DNA from: Planctomycetota bacterium | GTDB lineage: Bacteria > Planctomycetota > J058 > JAJDCP01 | Length of the DNA stretch: 64,000 nucleotides | Assembly: GCA_029260765.1 (NCBI GenBank) | Contig: JAJDCP010000125.1 | Coordinates: 1,863 to 65,862, forward strand | Direction: 5' to 3' | Shown: one piece after another, positions 47,394 through 56,863 of the stretch | How positions within the stretch are numbered: the first letter of the stretch is position 1 | Layout of the letters: the number at the start of each line of letters is the position of its first letter | The notes under the pieces: generated by a model | What the model saw: the letters and a program-made list of their open reading frames with translations, nothing else | Database searches by the model: none | What the model was told of the DNA's origin: nothing | Translations under genes and position numbers: made by a program

Positions 47394-48089
47394 TCAGATG
47401 AGGCCCAGGCCCCGGCAGCCTTCAACATACTTCGAGTAGCGGGTCGGACGAAGCTGGAGCGGCGCCAGCACCCTGGCGAGCTCCAAAGGGTGGCCGGCCG
47501 GAGCCTTGGCTTCGAGAACGACCATCCCAGCCATCGAGACGGGGAAACGCAGACCCGGCCGCGAGGACTTTTGTGGATACGCCTTCAAGGCCGTGTCCAA
47601 GGTCAGGCGCAGGGGGCCGTGAGGCGACGCAAAGTGCTCGCGCCGGTATTCGACAAGACAGACGGGGTCGGAGGAGACAGTGAGCCGGTGCGAGAAAGCC
47701 GGGGGTAGAACGGCAAGGAGCTGCCTGTGCAGGCACTTATAGCTCAGCTGGAAGAGCTGCGCATCGATGCGCACGCGCACTCGGCGCTTTCTGGTCAACC
47801 CTGCCACACGTTGTTTGAGCTCGGCATAGAATTCGTCGTGGGGTTGCCGGCTATCGTACCAACGAAGTCGGATCTTGAGGCGATCATCGACCGAGGCCAG
47901 GTTCTCTTTGCAAGCACTGAGGCGGGCATCGTCGAAATAGAGGCTCCGAACCAAGCTGACATCATGTTTGAAGCGCAGGCGTCGGAAGCCGCGGAGCAAG
48001 GCTCTGATCTTGGCCGGGTCGGCCCCAGGCAGGGCGAATTTCAACTCCTGCCTGTAGCCCTGGATGGGCAGCTGCTCTAGAAGCTCCAT
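47394..48089 (-). CDS. VTC (polyphosphate polymerase-like) domain protein
   Basis: 'RQELKF', 'SLYFDD', 'KIRLRWY', 'ELKQR', 'YRREHF', 'RLTLD', 'SKY'. Confidence 0.9.
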   Translation of the reverse strand: MELLEQLPIQGYRQELKFALPGADPAKIRALLRGFRRLRFKHDVSLVRSLYFDDARLSACKENLASVDDRLKIRLRWYDSRQPHDEFYAELKQRVAGLTRKRRVRVRIDAQLFQLSYKCLHRQLLAVLPPAFSHRLTVSSDPVCLVEYRREHFASPHGPLRLTLDTALKAYPQKSSRPGLRFPVSMAGMVVLEAKAPAGHPLELARVLAPLQLRPTRYSKYVEGCRGLGLI

Positions 48090-48093
48090 AGGC

Positions 48094-48783
48094 TCAAGCC
48101 AGGGTGTCGAGGTTCAAGAAGGAGATGTCACACGCAGGCAGGCGCTCCTTGAACTTGTTCATCAGCGACGCAGCGTCCTTCGGGTCGATGCGTTCGAGGT
48201 GCAGGCGGAGCGAACGGTGCTGATCGGTAATGTCATAGCGCTGGACGGTGTAGCGGTCGGCTGCGAGTTCTTCGAGGGTCTGAAAGACGCTGCCCTTTTC
48301 CTGGTCGAAGGCTTCTTGTCCCCCGCCGCTGATACTGACCACAAAGTTGTGTCGACGTCCGCCTCCGATCAGGCGTCGGCCGATGATGAAGAGGCTGGCA
48401 GCGATGACAAGGGCCAGAGTGAAGAGCAGCTGCCCCGCCCCAAGACCGAGGCCGATCGCGATGCAGAAGAACAGATAGACCAGCTCTTCGGGTTGTTTGA
48501 TCGCGGCGCGGAAGCGCACGATGGAGAGGGCCCCGACGAGCCCGAGGGAGAGCGCCAGCGAGGTCTTGACGACCGCGATCACGCAAATCGTCACCAGGGT
48601 AAGAAGTGGGAACACGTTGCCGAGAGGGCTCGAAAAGGTCGCTCCGGCGCTGAATCGGTTGTAGAGAAAACGCACGTACAGCGAGAGCGCTCCTCCCACG
48701 AGCAGAGAGATTCCAAGCTGAAGCAGGTCAGCGGGGCGTTCGTTGAAGCCGTAATCGGCCAGGAGATCGATCAGTGTGTCCAT
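48094..48783 (-). CDS. DUF4956 family membrane protein
   Basis: 'SLALSLGLVGALSIVRFRAAIK..EEL.YLF..IAIGL..GAG'. Confidence 0.92.
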   Translation of the reverse strand: MDTLIDLLADYGFNERPADLLQLGISLLVGGALSLYVRFLYNRFSAGATFSSPLGNVFPLLTLVTICVIAVVKTSLALSLGLVGALSIVRFRAAIKQPEELVYLFFCIAIGLGLGAGQLLFTLALVIAASLFIIGRRLIGGGRRHNFVVSISGGGQEAFDQEKGSVFQTLEELAADRYTVQRYDITDQHRSLRLHLERIDPKDAASLMNKFKERLPACDISFLNLDTLA

Positions 48784-49080
48784 CAATGGAGTCCATCCTG
48801 CGAAGAGGCCCCAGCTTGTTCAGCTCGGAACTCGGCGGCCGTCCGGGCAAACCTGGCTCACGGGCATGGGGGCGCCGACTTCTCCGTTCTGGAGGGGATC
48901 GCTGACATCGGCGGGCCGCATCATTCTCCGCCGACCACGTCGCTCCAGAATCTGGAGAACCTGCGGCCTACCCAGCGAAGGCGAATCAGACGGCAGCCCG
49001 GGCCAGGCTCGTGGGCATGTTTTGCACGATCCGCAGTGTAGGCATGCACTGCGCTGTGGGCGAGAAAAATAGAATTTGGG

Positions 49081-49219
49081 TCGAGGTCGGCGTCCGATCG
49101 CCTGGTTGTTCAGATCGAGGCCCGCAGGGGTTGACGCTGCCATGCTCGAGGCTGCGGTGGGACGCAGGGCCTGACCAGGCGCGCGGCGTATTGCCAGCAC
49201 CACTCTGTGGAGCTTCAAT
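49081..49219 (+). repeat. Degenerate direct repeat, copy 2
   Basis: Matches 44353-44502 with one deletion of about 11 bp. Confidence 0.9.
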
Positions 49220-49717
49220 GTCCAAGCAGCGTGTACCCATGACCCGAATTCTGGCTGGGGGAATCGGATGGGCCCGCAGTCCTTGGCCGTTGCAGCGTCT
49301 GAATCCGGGGGTGCCATACAGGGTGGACAGGCCGAGTCAGGATTGTCCCGTTCGAGCCGTTCAGTTCGCCTCCATGTCCTCGAAAAACGACTCCCCTCCG
49401 ACCCGCATTGCATCGCCGGCTTTCCCACTGGAACGCCTCATTTGCATCACTGATCGTGTTACCCTGGACGGAGAGCAGGAGGAAAGATGGGAAGGGCCGC
49501 CTGCTGGTCGAGCAGGTCGGCTATGCGCTAGAGGACCTCGCTCGGGAGCAGGCCGCGGGCCAGGAGCGCACGGGGCTCCCCCTCGAGCTCGAGCCGATGA
49601 CGCATGGCCCCTGGCCGGTGGATTTTCCGATCCCCTCATGGCCCGCGATGTTACTAATGGCGGTGGCAACGAGGCCTGCCCTTCCCGACGATGAACGGCG
49701 GAGGTAGTGTCTGCGAC

Positions 49718-51280
49718 ATGCGGCGACGAGTGTGCCCCCAACTTGCAGTCTCCTTCCTGACCGGGGCGCTCCTGCTCCTGGCGGCTGGTGCTCGGGGCCA
49801 GACCGCTGGAGAGGAGGCGCTGGTCGCCGAAGTGGTTCGCTTGGAGGCTGGCGGCGCCGAATCGGCCCTCGTTGTCTTCTTCTCCCGGTTGGATCCTGTC
49901 CAGCGGGTCGAGATTGCGCTCCGGACTGCAGACGTCAGCGACAGCCTGCTCAGCTTCGAGCGTCTGCTGACACTGGCTGTCGAGCAACCCGACCGGGCCC
50001 TGCCGGCGCGGGCACGGACGATGGCCGCAAGGCTTCACGACGATGACGGCTGGTGTGACGCGCTCCGGCGCAGGCTTCCGCAGCTAGGCGCCGCCGAGGC
50101 TCTGCTCGCCGCCCAGATTCTGGTTGATGCCGGCGGGCAGGCGGCGCGTGAGCTTCTGTCCCTGGCGCTGAGCGAGCGCAACGTCGCCTTGCTCGAGCCC
50201 TGCCTCGACCGTATGAAGGTCGAGGAGATCGCGGATTCTCAGCTGCCTCGTCTGGCGGAGCTTTGTGCGGACGAGGATCAGCCGTTGCATTCCCGCATCA
50301 AAGCTGCAAGAGCCCTGGGCCGCTGCGGACGGCGCGCCCTCGAGCCTCTGTACGCGGCGTACCGTGAGGTCTACGCGCACGCCGAGCAACGCCCGGCCTT
50401 GCGTACGCTCCGTCATGAGTTGCATCGCCAGCTTGTCGCGCTGAACGGGCAGCACGACCGCGGAACGTCCCCCGAGGCCTGGGCGCCTCGGCCTGCCCGC
50501 CCTCCCGAGACGGAACCGGACCCGGCGGCCCTGGACTGGATCGGCTGGGGAGCGCTGGCAGGGCTGTTGGCGGCGATGCTGGCATTGGCTGCCGGCCTGC
50601 GCCGCAAGCTGCTACTCTGCCTGTGCGCCTCTGCCGCGGGGGCCCTGGCTCTCGCTGTCGCTGCCGTTGAGCTGGTCTCGTCAGGTCGCTACGGCGAGCC
50701 TCTTCCGGCCGGGCTCTGGGCAGGCGGCACGCTCATCCTGCTCCTCAATGGGCGCCTGTTGAGTCGCATGCGCCCGCAACTGGGCAGACGACCGTCTTCA
50801 GCCAAACGGGCCTTGAAGCCTTCGGCGGCGCCGCGGCCGCTGAACCATGCAGTGCGCAGCCTGGGCAGCCTGTTGCGCGGGGCCGAGACCCGGCGCATGA
50901 AGCCCGTTCCAGCGGATGAGCTTCTCTCCCCTCTCGCCGAGCGACGCCAAGGGCCCCGGCTGGTTGTCAAGCGCCCGCTGTGGTACCAACCCGCCGCAGC
51001 CTCTGCAGACTCAACGGCTCCCGCCGGCGTCGCGCAGGGCGAGCTGCTCGATATCTCGCGCACAGGTCTGCGTTTCCAGGCTCCTCAGCCCGTCGAGAGA
51101 GGGGGCCTGCTCTGGATCTTTGTACATCAGGACGACGGCAGCACCTTCCGAGCCCTGACCCGGGTCGTCTGGTGCACGGGCTGGAAGAACGCAACGCATG
51201 AGATTGGCCTGGAGATCTACACTCCCCTGCAGTCTGAAGCTGGCGAGCGGTCAGAGTCCGGCCATCAATCAAGTGGGTAG
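49718..51280 (+). CDS. Exported HEAT-like domain + 3 TM + cytoplasmic PilZ domain protein
   Basis: Signal peptide, helical repeats, three TMs, PilZ motifs 'ERRQGPR' (RxxxR) and 'DISRTG' (DxSxxG). Confidence 0.8.
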   Translation: MRRRVCPQLAVSFLTGALLLLAAGARGQTAGEEALVAEVVRLEAGGAESALVVFFSRLDPVQRVEIALRTADVSDSLLSFERLLTLAVEQPDRALPARARTMAARLHDDDGWCDALRRRLPQLGAAEALLAAQILVDAGGQAARELLSLALSERNVALLEPCLDRMKVEEIADSQLPRLAELCADEDQPLHSRIKAARALGRCGRRALEPLYAAYREVYAHAEQRPALRTLRHELHRQLVALNGQHDRGTSPEAWAPRPARPPETEPDPAALDWIGWGALAGLLAAMLALAAGLRRKLLLCLCASAAGALALAVAAVELVSSGRYGEPLPAGLWAGGTLILLLNGRLLSRMRPQLGRRPSSAKRALKPSAAPRPLNHAVRSLGSLLRGAETRRMKPVPADELLSPLAERRQGPRLVVKRPLWYQPAAASADSTAPAGVAQGELLDISRTGLRFQAPQPVERGGLLWIFVHQDDGSTFRALTRVVWCTGWKNATHEIGLEIYTPLQSEAGERSESGHQSSG

Positions 51281-53298
51281 CGGACCCGCAGAGCCTTGAT
51301 CACGACGCAACACGAGCTGTCTGCCTCCGCTTCCAGCGCGAGTTGCGGCGCGGCCTGCAGCTCCAGCCTCTGCAGCCTGTTGTCCGCCACGGAGAGCTCG
51401 AGCACGCCGGAGGTCAGCTCGCAAGAAAACGGGACTCCTGCGGGAGGAAGGGCGACCTGCAGCTCTTCAAGGTCGTACGACCAGTCGCGGCCCGCGGCGG
51501 ATCTGATCGCGACCAACGAGGCCTGTAGATGGCTGGGTGCCTGAGCCCGAAAACGCAAGGCGTAGCGTGGCTCACCAGCCTCATAGATCACCAATGCGCC
51601 CCGGGCATGGCCTTCCACATCCAGCCACCCCTCGAGCCGCCACGATTTCTCGTCCGCCCCCAGAGTCAGGGGCAGGGTTCCTCTCCCCGTGGCGCGCCAG
51701 GCGTCTGCCCCGGCATCGCGGCTCCAGGCCGCCGCAGCGCTGCCCGGTGGCTCGGGCTGCGAGACCTCGACCTGCCGCGCTTCACCCCAGCCCGAAGAGG
51801 TGTCGAGCGAGACCGCAATCAGCGTCAGGACCACGAGCACCACGCCTCCCAGCAGCACCCAGCGTCGGGAGGACGGCCGTACCTCCTGGGGTGAGGAGCC
51901 CAGGACGTCGTAGGGCACCTTGTTGGCCGCGTCCTGGAAGCTGACCGAGGCCAGTCTGGACCCATGCGGCCGCTGCTCGAGACGCTTCTGGTCGGCAAGC
52001 TGCCCGCGCAGCCCCTCGAGCTCAGCCATCAGGGCTTCCGGACTCGGCGTGCGCTGCTCGGGATCCTTCACCAGCAGCCGTGCCAGGATGGCCTCGAAAC
52101 CCTCAGGGATCTGGCGCGGGCCGCGCAGACTGCGCGGTGATGCAAAGCAATGCAGAAAGATGTAGCCCGAAGCCGTGCCCGCGGAGAATGGTGGCGCACC
52201 GGCGAGCGCCTGATAGAGCGTGACGCCCAGCGAATACAGGTCGCTACGCACGTCGACAGTCGTGCCGCACGACTGCTCGGGCGAGAAATAGATCGGCGTC
52301 CCGAGGATCTGCCCGGTGCGGGTCAGGTCTTTGTCCAACCCGAAGCACTTCGCCAGGCCAAAGTCGAGCACCTTGATCTGCCCGTCAGCGGCGATCATGA
52401 TGTTCGACGGTTTGAGATCGCGGTGGACCAGATCCCGCCGGGCTGCTGCCTCTAGCGTGCGCGCCACTGCCAGCCCCAGCTCGATGATCTCACCGAAGCT
52501 CAAGCTGCCCGCCTGCAGGATCGTCTGCAGGTCCCGTCCCTCGACGTGCTCCATGGTAAAGAACGGTACCTGCCCGTCCTCGGTGATCATGACCTCATAG
52601 ATCTGGATCACGTGGGGATGCACCAGAGAGGCGGCGTTGCGTGCTTCGGCCAGGAACCTCTCGCGGAAATCGGGTTGCTCGGCCAACCAGGGGTGCAGAA
52701 CCTTGAGCGCGACCTTGCGCCGTAGCCTCAGGTCGCGTGCCAGGAACACTGCCCCCATCCCGCCGCTGGCAAGGCAGCGCCCGATCTCAAAGCCGGGCAA
52801 CTCGGGCGGCAAGAAGTCGAGCTGTCTTCCGCCCCAGTGGGACAGGGACGGCTTGCTCCCCGGCCTGATCGCGGGAGGCGCCTCCCCCAGCACTGCCAAC
52901 ATCGCGCGCTGCAGGGCCAGCGGATCGCTCAAGCGAGAGATCAAGCCCACGGCGCCGAATTGCAGGCTCTTGCGCTCTCTTGCCTGTGTGACATGCAACA
53001 CCGTCAACAGGACGGGTGTCTCTGTGACGCCGGCCTCTCGCAAGTGGGCGATCAACTCGAACGCATCCATGCCGGGCAGCTCGAGGTCGCACACGACCAG
53101 CAGGCAGCTCCGTTTTCTCAGAAGGGCCAGCGCTTCGGTGCAGCTCGTCCGGACCAGCACCTCATACCCACGCCGGAGCAGCACGCCGCGCGCCTGCTCG
53201 ACGAAGCGCTCCTCGCGCTGCACCAGCAGGACAGATTGGGGTCGGTCGCTGCCGAGGAATGTGCTCGGCGCATCTATGAATGTGCTGTCATCACTCAC
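51265..53298 (-). CDS. Receiver-domain-fused membrane Ser/Thr protein kinase
   Basis: REC-like 'CDLELPGMDAFEL'; kinase GGMGAV, VALK, HRDLKPSN, DFG, GTPIYFSPE; TM; beta-rich C-terminal domain. Confidence 0.9.
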   Translation of the reverse strand: MSDDSTFIDAPSTFLGSDRPQSVLLVQREERFVEQARGVLLRRGYEVLVRTSCTEALALLRKRSCLLVVCDLELPGMDAFELIAHLREAGVTETPVLLTVLHVTQARERKSLQFGAVGLISRLSDPLALQRAMLAVLGEAPPAIRPGSKPSLSHWGGRQLDFLPPELPGFEIGRCLASGGMGAVFLARDLRLRRKVALKVLHPWLAEQPDFRERFLAEARNAASLVHPHVIQIYEVMITEDGQVPFFTMEHVEGRDLQTILQAGSLSFGEIIELGLAVARTLEAAARRDLVHRDLKPSNIMIAADGQIKVLDFGLAKCFGLDKDLTRTGQILGTPIYFSPEQSCGTTVDVRSDLYSLGVTLYQALAGAPPFSAGTASGYIFLHCFASPRSLRGPRQIPEGFEAILARLLVKDPEQRTPSPEALMAELEGLRGQLADQKRLEQRPHGSRLASVSFQDAANKVPYDVLGSSPQEVRPSSRRWVLLGGVVLVVLTLIAVSLDTSSGWGEARQVEVSQPEPPGSAAAAWSRDAGADAWRATGRGTLPLTLGADEKSWRLEGWLDVEGHARGALVIYEAGEPRYALRFRAQAPSHLQASLVAIRSAAGRDWSYDLEELQVALPPAGVPFSCELTSGVLELSVADNRLQRLELQAAPQLALEAEADSSCCVVIKALRVRYPLD

Positions 53299-53541
53299 GT
53301 GTGAACCAGGCCTCCAACGCTTCCCGAGCCTCCATGCTGATCCTGGCATCGTCGGGGGTTGCGTACCCACTCGGGCTGCCTGGCAGTGATTCTACCATCG
53401 CGAGCCGGCGCTGGCGCGCTTGCTTGCCGCAGCCCGCTGGCGTACCTTGGGAACCGCAACGTGGTTGTTGGGATCAGCCGGGCAGCCCTGTGGAGGTCGT
53501 TGCGCCGTGCGTCAGGTTCGCAGCGCTCGCGCACGAGCCAG

Positions 53542-55512
53542 ATGGTCAGCCAGAATCCCTGCCAGCCAGCAGGAGCCAGCGTGCCAGCCGAAGCCAGGCC
53601 CTCCCCCAGCGACTCCGAGATTCCCGGGGGTCGACCGCAGCTCGACCCCCGGCTGCTCGCCGCGAAGCGCCATATCGAGAGCCTGTTCGCGCCTCGCAAG
53701 GCGCCCCCCGACCCTGACCCCGACCCCGACCCCGAAACCGAAGCGGCGGACGAGGTCTGGAGCTGGTTCTTGCGGCCCCAAGAGGCATTGGCCGAGGCCC
53801 CCCCGTGTCTGGAGTTCCTGCAGTCGCCCCCCCGGCATCTGCAGGCCCCGGGTCACGAGGCCCCCGCAGTCGGCATTCCCAAGCTGCTGGCTTCGACAGT
53901 GGACGCTATGGTACGGGCGGTGCGGATGCAGCTAGCCAACCTCGATGTGATCACCGATCGCGCCCTGCAGATTCTGCGGAGACACGCCAGCTGTCGCCTG
54001 GAGTTGAGCTCCCAGGGAATCGCCGTGGACGGGGTCCTCGGCCTGCGGGCGCAAGCGCGCCAGACGGCCTGGTTGATCCCCGCCTGCATGGCTGGCCTGC
54101 GCAGCCTGCGAGCGCGCCCCGAGCTGAGCGCCGAGGGCCTCGCGCGGCTTGCCCGTGAGTTGGCGGCACTCGAGCCCGAAGCTGCCTCGATCGAGCGCTT
54201 CAACAGCTGGCTGTGGGCCGGTGGAGCCGAAGGTTTCGAGGTCGAGCTGCGCCAGAGCCTGATGGAGACGATCGATGTGCTGGCCTGGCTCGACAGCGGC
54301 GAGTCCCCTCTTCCCCCGCGTCTGGAAGCCTCGCTGGCCGCCTCACGACTGGCCGGCATGCGCTACCAGCTCTCCGAGCAGGGGAGCCTGACGGGCCGCC
54401 TCGCGGACCGGATTCAGGCGGGCGACTTGAACCTGAGCGACGTCCGCCAGGAAGGGCTTCGCGCCCTGGTAGACGACAGCCACTCCTGGGATCTGGCTGA
54501 GGCAGCCTGCGCGGTCGAGCTCGCCGAGCTCCGAGCCGCGGTCGATCCACGGCTTGTCGAGCTGGGATTTCTTCAGCTGACGCAGGCCGGCGTCGGTCCG
54601 GAACTGTTGCGCAACTGCCGGACGCTTCTGGCCGAGCCGCGCCTGGCCGAGACACTGGACCTCGAGGGCATCGGGCGGGCGCTCGGACGTCAGATCTCGA
54701 AGAAAGCGGCCCGTGGTCCGCAGCTGGCTGAATTGCTCGGGCAGGCCCCTCTCGTTCTGCGGCGCGCATTGTTGCTCGAGTTGCTCGAGCGCTGCGTCGA
54801 CGACCAGGGACTGGTCGATGTCTGTGCCAAACTGCTGGGCCAGGTAGGATCCGATGGGATCGAGCACTTGTTCGACCTGCCGCGCCTGGCCCCGCGACCG
54901 GCCACAGGGCTGATCTACGCGCTTCTGGCGCTCGAGACCGGCCGCCGTGCGGGTGGGGGGGCGGCGGAAGCACCGGACGAGCGCAAGCCCCTCGAGCTCC
55001 GCTTCCAGGGCATCGCCGCGCGGCTGGCGGGCGTCGTCGCGGTCCTGCCCGCGGCCTCGACCCTGGCGGTGCTGCGGACTCTTCCGCCCTACGTCGGTGT
55101 GCATTTCGCTGAGATCGCACGCGGACTCCTCCTGCACGGTCCCCCAGAGCTTCGTGAGGAGTTGGTTGTCACGCTGGCAGACCCTGCTCTCAATGGCAAT
55201 TCGAACTGGGCGATCTGGCTTCTCAGCGAAGGTCTCGACCAGACCCGCGGCGAAGGTTGGACGAGCCGCGCACTGTACGGTGGGTTGCAGGCCTGTCTGG
55301 ATGGGGGCCTCGGCAAGAACCTGGTTGTCCTGGTCCACGAGCGCTCGATGCCCGTAGCCCTGCGGGCCGCAGCGCTGGACGTGCTGTCTGCCCGCCCTGC
55401 ACTGCTGCGCCAGGCCTGCCGCCCACGAGCGTCCGATTTCCTCGAGCCCCGGGCGTTACGCGCCAGCCTGGAGGCGGCCCGCGCGCTGCTGAGGAGCCAC
55501 GACGATGCTTGA
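53542..55512 (+). CDS. Hypothetical helical / HEAT-like protein
   Basis: Long Leu/Ala-rich ORF overlapping the next gene, with a (DP)n linker. Start uncertain between 53359 and 53542. Confidence 0.65.
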   Translation: MVSQNPCQPAGASVPAEARPSPSDSEIPGGRPQLDPRLLAAKRHIESLFAPRKAPPDPDPDPDPETEAADEVWSWFLRPQEALAEAPPCLEFLQSPPRHLQAPGHEAPAVGIPKLLASTVDAMVRAVRMQLANLDVITDRALQILRRHASCRLELSSQGIAVDGVLGLRAQARQTAWLIPACMAGLRSLRARPELSAEGLARLARELAALEPEAASIERFNSWLWAGGAEGFEVELRQSLMETIDVLAWLDSGESPLPPRLEASLAASRLAGMRYQLSEQGSLTGRLADRIQAGDLNLSDVRQEGLRALVDDSHSWDLAEAACAVELAELRAAVDPRLVELGFLQLTQAGVGPELLRNCRTLLAEPRLAETLDLEGIGRALGRQISKKAARGPQLAELLGQAPLVLRRALLLELLERCVDDQGLVDVCAKLLGQVGSDGIEHLFDLPRLAPRPATGLIYALLALETGRRAGGGAAEAPDERKPLELRFQGIAARLAGVVAVLPAASTLAVLRTLPPYVGVHFAEIARGLLLHGPPELREELVVTLADPALNGNSNWAIWLLSEGLDQTRGEGWTSRALYGGLQACLDGGLGKNLVVLVHERSMPVALRAAALDVLSARPALLRQACRPRASDFLEPRALRASLEAARALLRSHDDA

Positions 55513-56797
55513 GACCCAGACCCACGCGCGCCTGCTCGACGCGCTCCACAGTCTGCTGCGGGGAGTGCGCATCTTCGGGGCGGCCCATCCGCGTGCAGAG
55601 CTGGCTGCGGTTGCTTGCGCCCGAGCGTTGCAGGCGGCGGAACCCCCGTTCGCGCTGCAGATCGTCGGCCATGGCTTGTTCCGCGGATACCACCTGATCT
55701 CCCTGGCTGCCGCCCACTTCGAGCGACTGCACGTGCTCGCGGAGAGCTTCGCCCGCCATGGCTTGCACGAGTTGCGGGTGGACGCCTGCCCCGAACCCTC
55801 CACGCTGCTGGCGATGGCCGGGTTCCTGCAGAACGCTTCCGCAGGCGAGCCGATACCAGAGCTCCTGGACCTCGAGCTGCGCGGATTGCCTCTGGCTGAG
55901 GCCGAGGCCGAGGCCGGGGATCCGCCGCAAGACTCTGACCGAGAAGGGCTTGCGTTGCTCCGTCTGCACCGCGCCGCGCTGGAGGTCGAAGCGGTCTTTG
56001 CGGAGGGAGGCTGCGATGCGGGCCGCGCGCTTGCGGTGGTGCGGGGGCTCGAGCAGTCGCTGCGCAACGATCCGCGCAAGATCCTGGCGGCCCTTGAGCT
56101 CAACGCCTTTCAGTGGACTGCCGCACGGCGCGCGCTCAGTTGCGCGCTGTTGACCGTGGCGGTCCTCGGGGACCTTGGCGTACAGCATGCCAACCTGCGA
56201 GCCATCGGCCATGCCGCGCTGGCGTGTGCCTGGGCGGGCTTGCGCGAGCCGCACGGGCTCACGCTGTGCAGCGCCGCCGACGAGGCTCTGCGCCGCCTGC
56301 GGGCAGAAGCCGGCCGGGAAAATTTCGCGGCTTCCCGCCACCTTCTGAAAGTCTGCGCGCTGTTACGAGGCTTGCGCCAGGGACGTCCCGGCCTGGCGGC
56401 AACGGGGCTGCTCGAGCTCAGTTACGGACTCGAGCGGTCGCGGCCCCTGAGACCCGAAGCGGCCAGCCGCTGTGAGCTTCTGGCGCAGCTCGAGCACGAG
56501 GGCGCCATCGCGGAGGTCTGGTTGCGGGCAGCCCTGCGTACTCTCGGCGGAGTTCCCGCCGGCAGCCTGGCCGCGCACGACGGACGCGTCGGACTGGTGC
56601 TCGGCCCTGCGGCTCCGCCGCGCGCCGGAAGTGCTGCTTCGGCAAATCTGTACGATCGAGGGCGGCGAAAGTGGACGGGCCCCGCCAACTGGGAAGCGAC
56701 GCGGCTGGAGCTGCTCAGCAGAGGCGAGCGGCTGCGCGCCGAGCAGGCGTTGCGCGTGCTCGCGAGCACAGAGCTGTTCTCCGATTCCCAACAATGA
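55505..56797 (+). CDS. Degenerate HD-GYP-like protein
   Basis: 'RIFGAAHP' N-terminal module; 'LRAIGHAALACA' where L..LG.AALLHD is expected; C-terminal 'LGGVPAGS...GRVGLV'. Confidence 0.55.
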   Translation: MLETQTHARLLDALHSLLRGVRIFGAAHPRAELAAVACARALQAAEPPFALQIVGHGLFRGYHLISLAAAHFERLHVLAESFARHGLHELRVDACPEPSTLLAMAGFLQNASAGEPIPELLDLELRGLPLAEAEAEAGDPPQDSDREGLALLRLHRAALEVEAVFAEGGCDAGRALAVVRGLEQSLRNDPRKILAALELNAFQWTAARRALSCALLTVAVLGDLGVQHANLRAIGHAALACAWAGLREPHGLTLCSAADEALRRLRAEAGRENFAASRHLLKVCALLRGLRQGRPGLAATGLLELSYGLERSRPLRPEAASRCELLAQLEHEGAIAEVWLRAALRTLGGVPAGSLAAHDGRVGLVLGPAAPPRAGSAASANLYDRGRRKWTGPANWEATRLELLSRGERLRAEQALRVLASTELFSDSQQ

Positions 56798-56863
56798 GCG
56801 TGTTTGCTGTATTCTACAGCCGTCTGCCTCTAGTCCTTTTCCATCGCATGCTGTGAGATCCCC

